Origin: a bacterium
Lineage (GTDB): Bacteria; SZUA-182; DTGQ01; JAFGSM01
Assembly: GCA_049472335.1 (NCBI GenBank)
Contig: JBLIRO010000096.1
Span: 1-16,762 of the forward strand
Direction of reading: 5' to 3'
DNA length: 16,762 bases
In this document: positions 14,872 to 16,762 of the stretch, one piece after another
Position numbering within the stretch: the first letter of the stretch is position 1
Layout of the letters: each line of letters opens with the position of its first letter
Translations under genes and position numbers: made by a program
The notes under the pieces: generated by a model
Seen by the model: the letters and a program-made list of their open reading frames with translations, nothing else
Databases searched by the model: none
What the model was told of the DNA's origin: nothing

Positions 14872-16672
14872 TCAAAACCATCTGAGCAAAGGCTTTGCTG
14901 TCTGATACTCCATCCATGTGGAGATTGAATATCCCTTTCCATCAGTGGAAAGGGTAATGGCGCCATCACGGTCTGTGCGATAGATCCGGGTCGATAGGGC
15001 TTCAAGCCTCTTAAGGGAGGAAGGGGCAGGCAGGGGATACCAACTGGTTTGTCTGGTTGATAGAATAGATGCTTCAGGCTGCACGGCCTTTAAGAATCCA
15101 ACTGTATTTGAGTTCTTGCTTCCATGATGAGGCACCTTAAGGATGGTGGATGCAAGGTCTCCATCCGGGAGATATTTCACCAAATATCTTTCAGCCTCCT
15201 TTTCAATATCTCCGGTAAAAAGGATAGATACGTTATCATATACAATCTTTAAGACCAGGGAATGGTTATTGACATGGCTGTTTTCTCCCCTGGGGCTGTT
15301 TATTACCTTTGAGTCCGGGGGATAGAGGCAGATTGCCTCTATGCTTGGTCCAATGGTTATTTTGTCTCCGGGATGAAGGACCCTTTCTTTGATATTATTA
15401 TCAGCTATCACCTCAGCAAGCTCTTCATATCTTTTGTCTTTAATTGTCGGCTGTGCAAGCCAGATCTCTTCCACGGGGAAGTTCCGGAGGATGGCAAAAA
15501 GGCCATAGATATGGTCAGGGTGGGGATGGCTGATGGCTATGGCACGAATCCTTCTGACACCCTTGGACCACAGATAAGGCGTGAGTACCATCTCTCCTAT
15601 ATCGAAAGAGCGGTCATAGAAACCTCCTCCGTCGATAAGGATATTCTGGTTGGAGGGGCACCGGATCAAGGCAGCATCACCTTTACCTACGTCCATAAAG
15701 GTCACTTCCATGGTATCGGATGGGATTGTCCTTTTGAATAAAGTGTTTTTTAAAGGAAGGCTTTTTAGTGGAATGAAAGGGCTTAAGGTAATGCAAACAC
15801 ACAGTGTAAAAAGCAGAATTCCGGATGCAAAAAGGATGATTCCGGAGATCGGATAAGGTCTAGACCTACGATGTGCAAACCACCAGGCGATAAGGATAAA
15901 GGAAAGATAGAAAAGCATGACTGTCCAGATAGGAGGGGAGGGGATAGGCAGAAAGACCAGAGGGAGAGATCCCAGGAATTTCAGGCCCTTCAATAATAGG
16001 TCTAAGCCAAAGCCGCATATAAGGATGAGGAGCCTGGAAAGCCAGGGGCTTATCGGAATAAGGACGGTTGCCATAAGCCCCGTGGGGATGATAAGAATCA
16101 GGAAGGGTATGATGACGGGCGTGCACAGTATCCCTCCGGGTGATATGTAATGGAAGTATAAGATGGACAATGGCGCAGTAATAATGATTGCTACTACAGA
16201 TATAAGAACCAAGTCCAATCCCTTTCGTAGCAAGGGATGCCGGGTAAGCAGGGGAGGACGGTGATGGAGGTAAAAGATAACACCGAGGGTGGCAAGGAAT
16301 GTGAACTGAAAATCCATTTCAAAGAGGGATACCGGGCTCCATATGAGGATTATCAGAGCCGCCCAGGCAAGTGTCGAGTAATAATCCCTCAACCGGTCGA
16401 AGAAAAAGGCTGTAAGATATAGGGCTATCATGATGAATGCCCTGATGGTCGAGATCCTCATGCCTGTGAGTACGGTATAGAAATAAAGGGGAAAAATGGT
16501 CAGGAGCGACATAGTCCTTGTATATGGGGCAATATGAGAGACCTTTTCGATCATAAAGGCAGGGATGAATCTTTTGCCTGATTTGATAATCAGGAGAGAA
16601 AAAAGCAGCACAAAACCCAGATGCAGGCCTGATACGCAGGGTATCGGCAAAGTCACCAAAAAGCTCAGAAGA
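14872..16672 (-). pseudogene. comEC: ComEC/Rec2 DNA-uptake competence protein, intact from VSGLH to the stop but disrupted at the 5' end
   Basis: Competence-domain motifs VSGLH, STIRAFIM and DFQFTFLAT; metallo-beta-lactamase motifs DVGKGDA, LIDGGG, SHPHPDH, FTGDIE and VPHHGS. The usual GxxH before xxxVSGLH is missing; SELFGDFADT continues in another frame (16640-16669) and stops at 16673-16675. The N-terminal OB/DUF4131 part is not in the window. Confidence 0.78.
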
Positions 16673-16695
16673 TTAATCGGCAGAAGATTAATCGG
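16666..16695. repeat. Perfect tandem 15-bp duplication CAGAAGATTAATCGG x2
   Basis: 16666-16680 equals 16681-16695; sits where comEC homology ends. Confidence 0.9.
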
Positions 16696-16762
16696 GACAC
16701 AATACTTAATTATATTTAATCGAAATTAATGTGACAATACTTGTTTTAATTTAATTAAGTTT
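16691..16762. repeat. REP-like AT-rich palindromic element cut by the window edge
   Basis: GGGACACAATACTTAATTA (16694-16712); ACTTAATTA (16704-16712) pairs with TAATTAAGT (16752-16760); ACAATACTT occurs twice. The resemblance to REP arms near RAYT transposases is from memory only. Confidence 0.4.

Noticed and set aside
13380..15132. DGR template/variable repeat pair for the two comEC tails
   Set aside because: Differences include T/C and T/G changes and are not adenine-specific; no reverse transcriptase in the window.
14814..16422. Short ORFs overlapping comEC
   Set aside because: Antisense or off-frame shadows; no independent evidence.

Overview
Bacterial accessory region with two halves. 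Left half (1-11.9 kb): a minus-strand triad of an ECF-type sigma factor, a soluble zinc-finger (ZAS, HxxxCxxC) anti-sigma and a membrane-anchored CHAT (caspase-like) protease with a C-terminal CsgG-like extracytoplasmic domain. The triad is flanked by two secreted repeat proteins: an LVIVD beta-propeller protein that runs off the left edge and is missing from the ORF track, and a divergent 2240-aa PKD/FG-GAP/MopE-repeat/LamG/PA-IL-lectin protein. An identical bipartite motif (AGGGGAA-N18-CTAATA) lies at the 3' end of the sigma gene and upstream of the giant gene, and a second motif (CAGGGGGAA-N6-TATTTTAAAA) precedes both secreted-protein genes. This suggests a protease-gated, transmembrane sigma switch controlling surface proteins (inference). 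Right half (11.9-16.8 kb): a terminator hairpin, a 179-bp MITE-like element, and a minus-strand series of comEC (damaged at its 5' end), an MNT-HEPN pair, a diverged second copy of the comEC 3' end, and an orphan AbiEi-family antitoxin with an in-frame stop and two patterned operator arrays. All domain calls are by eye from motifs; no searches were run.
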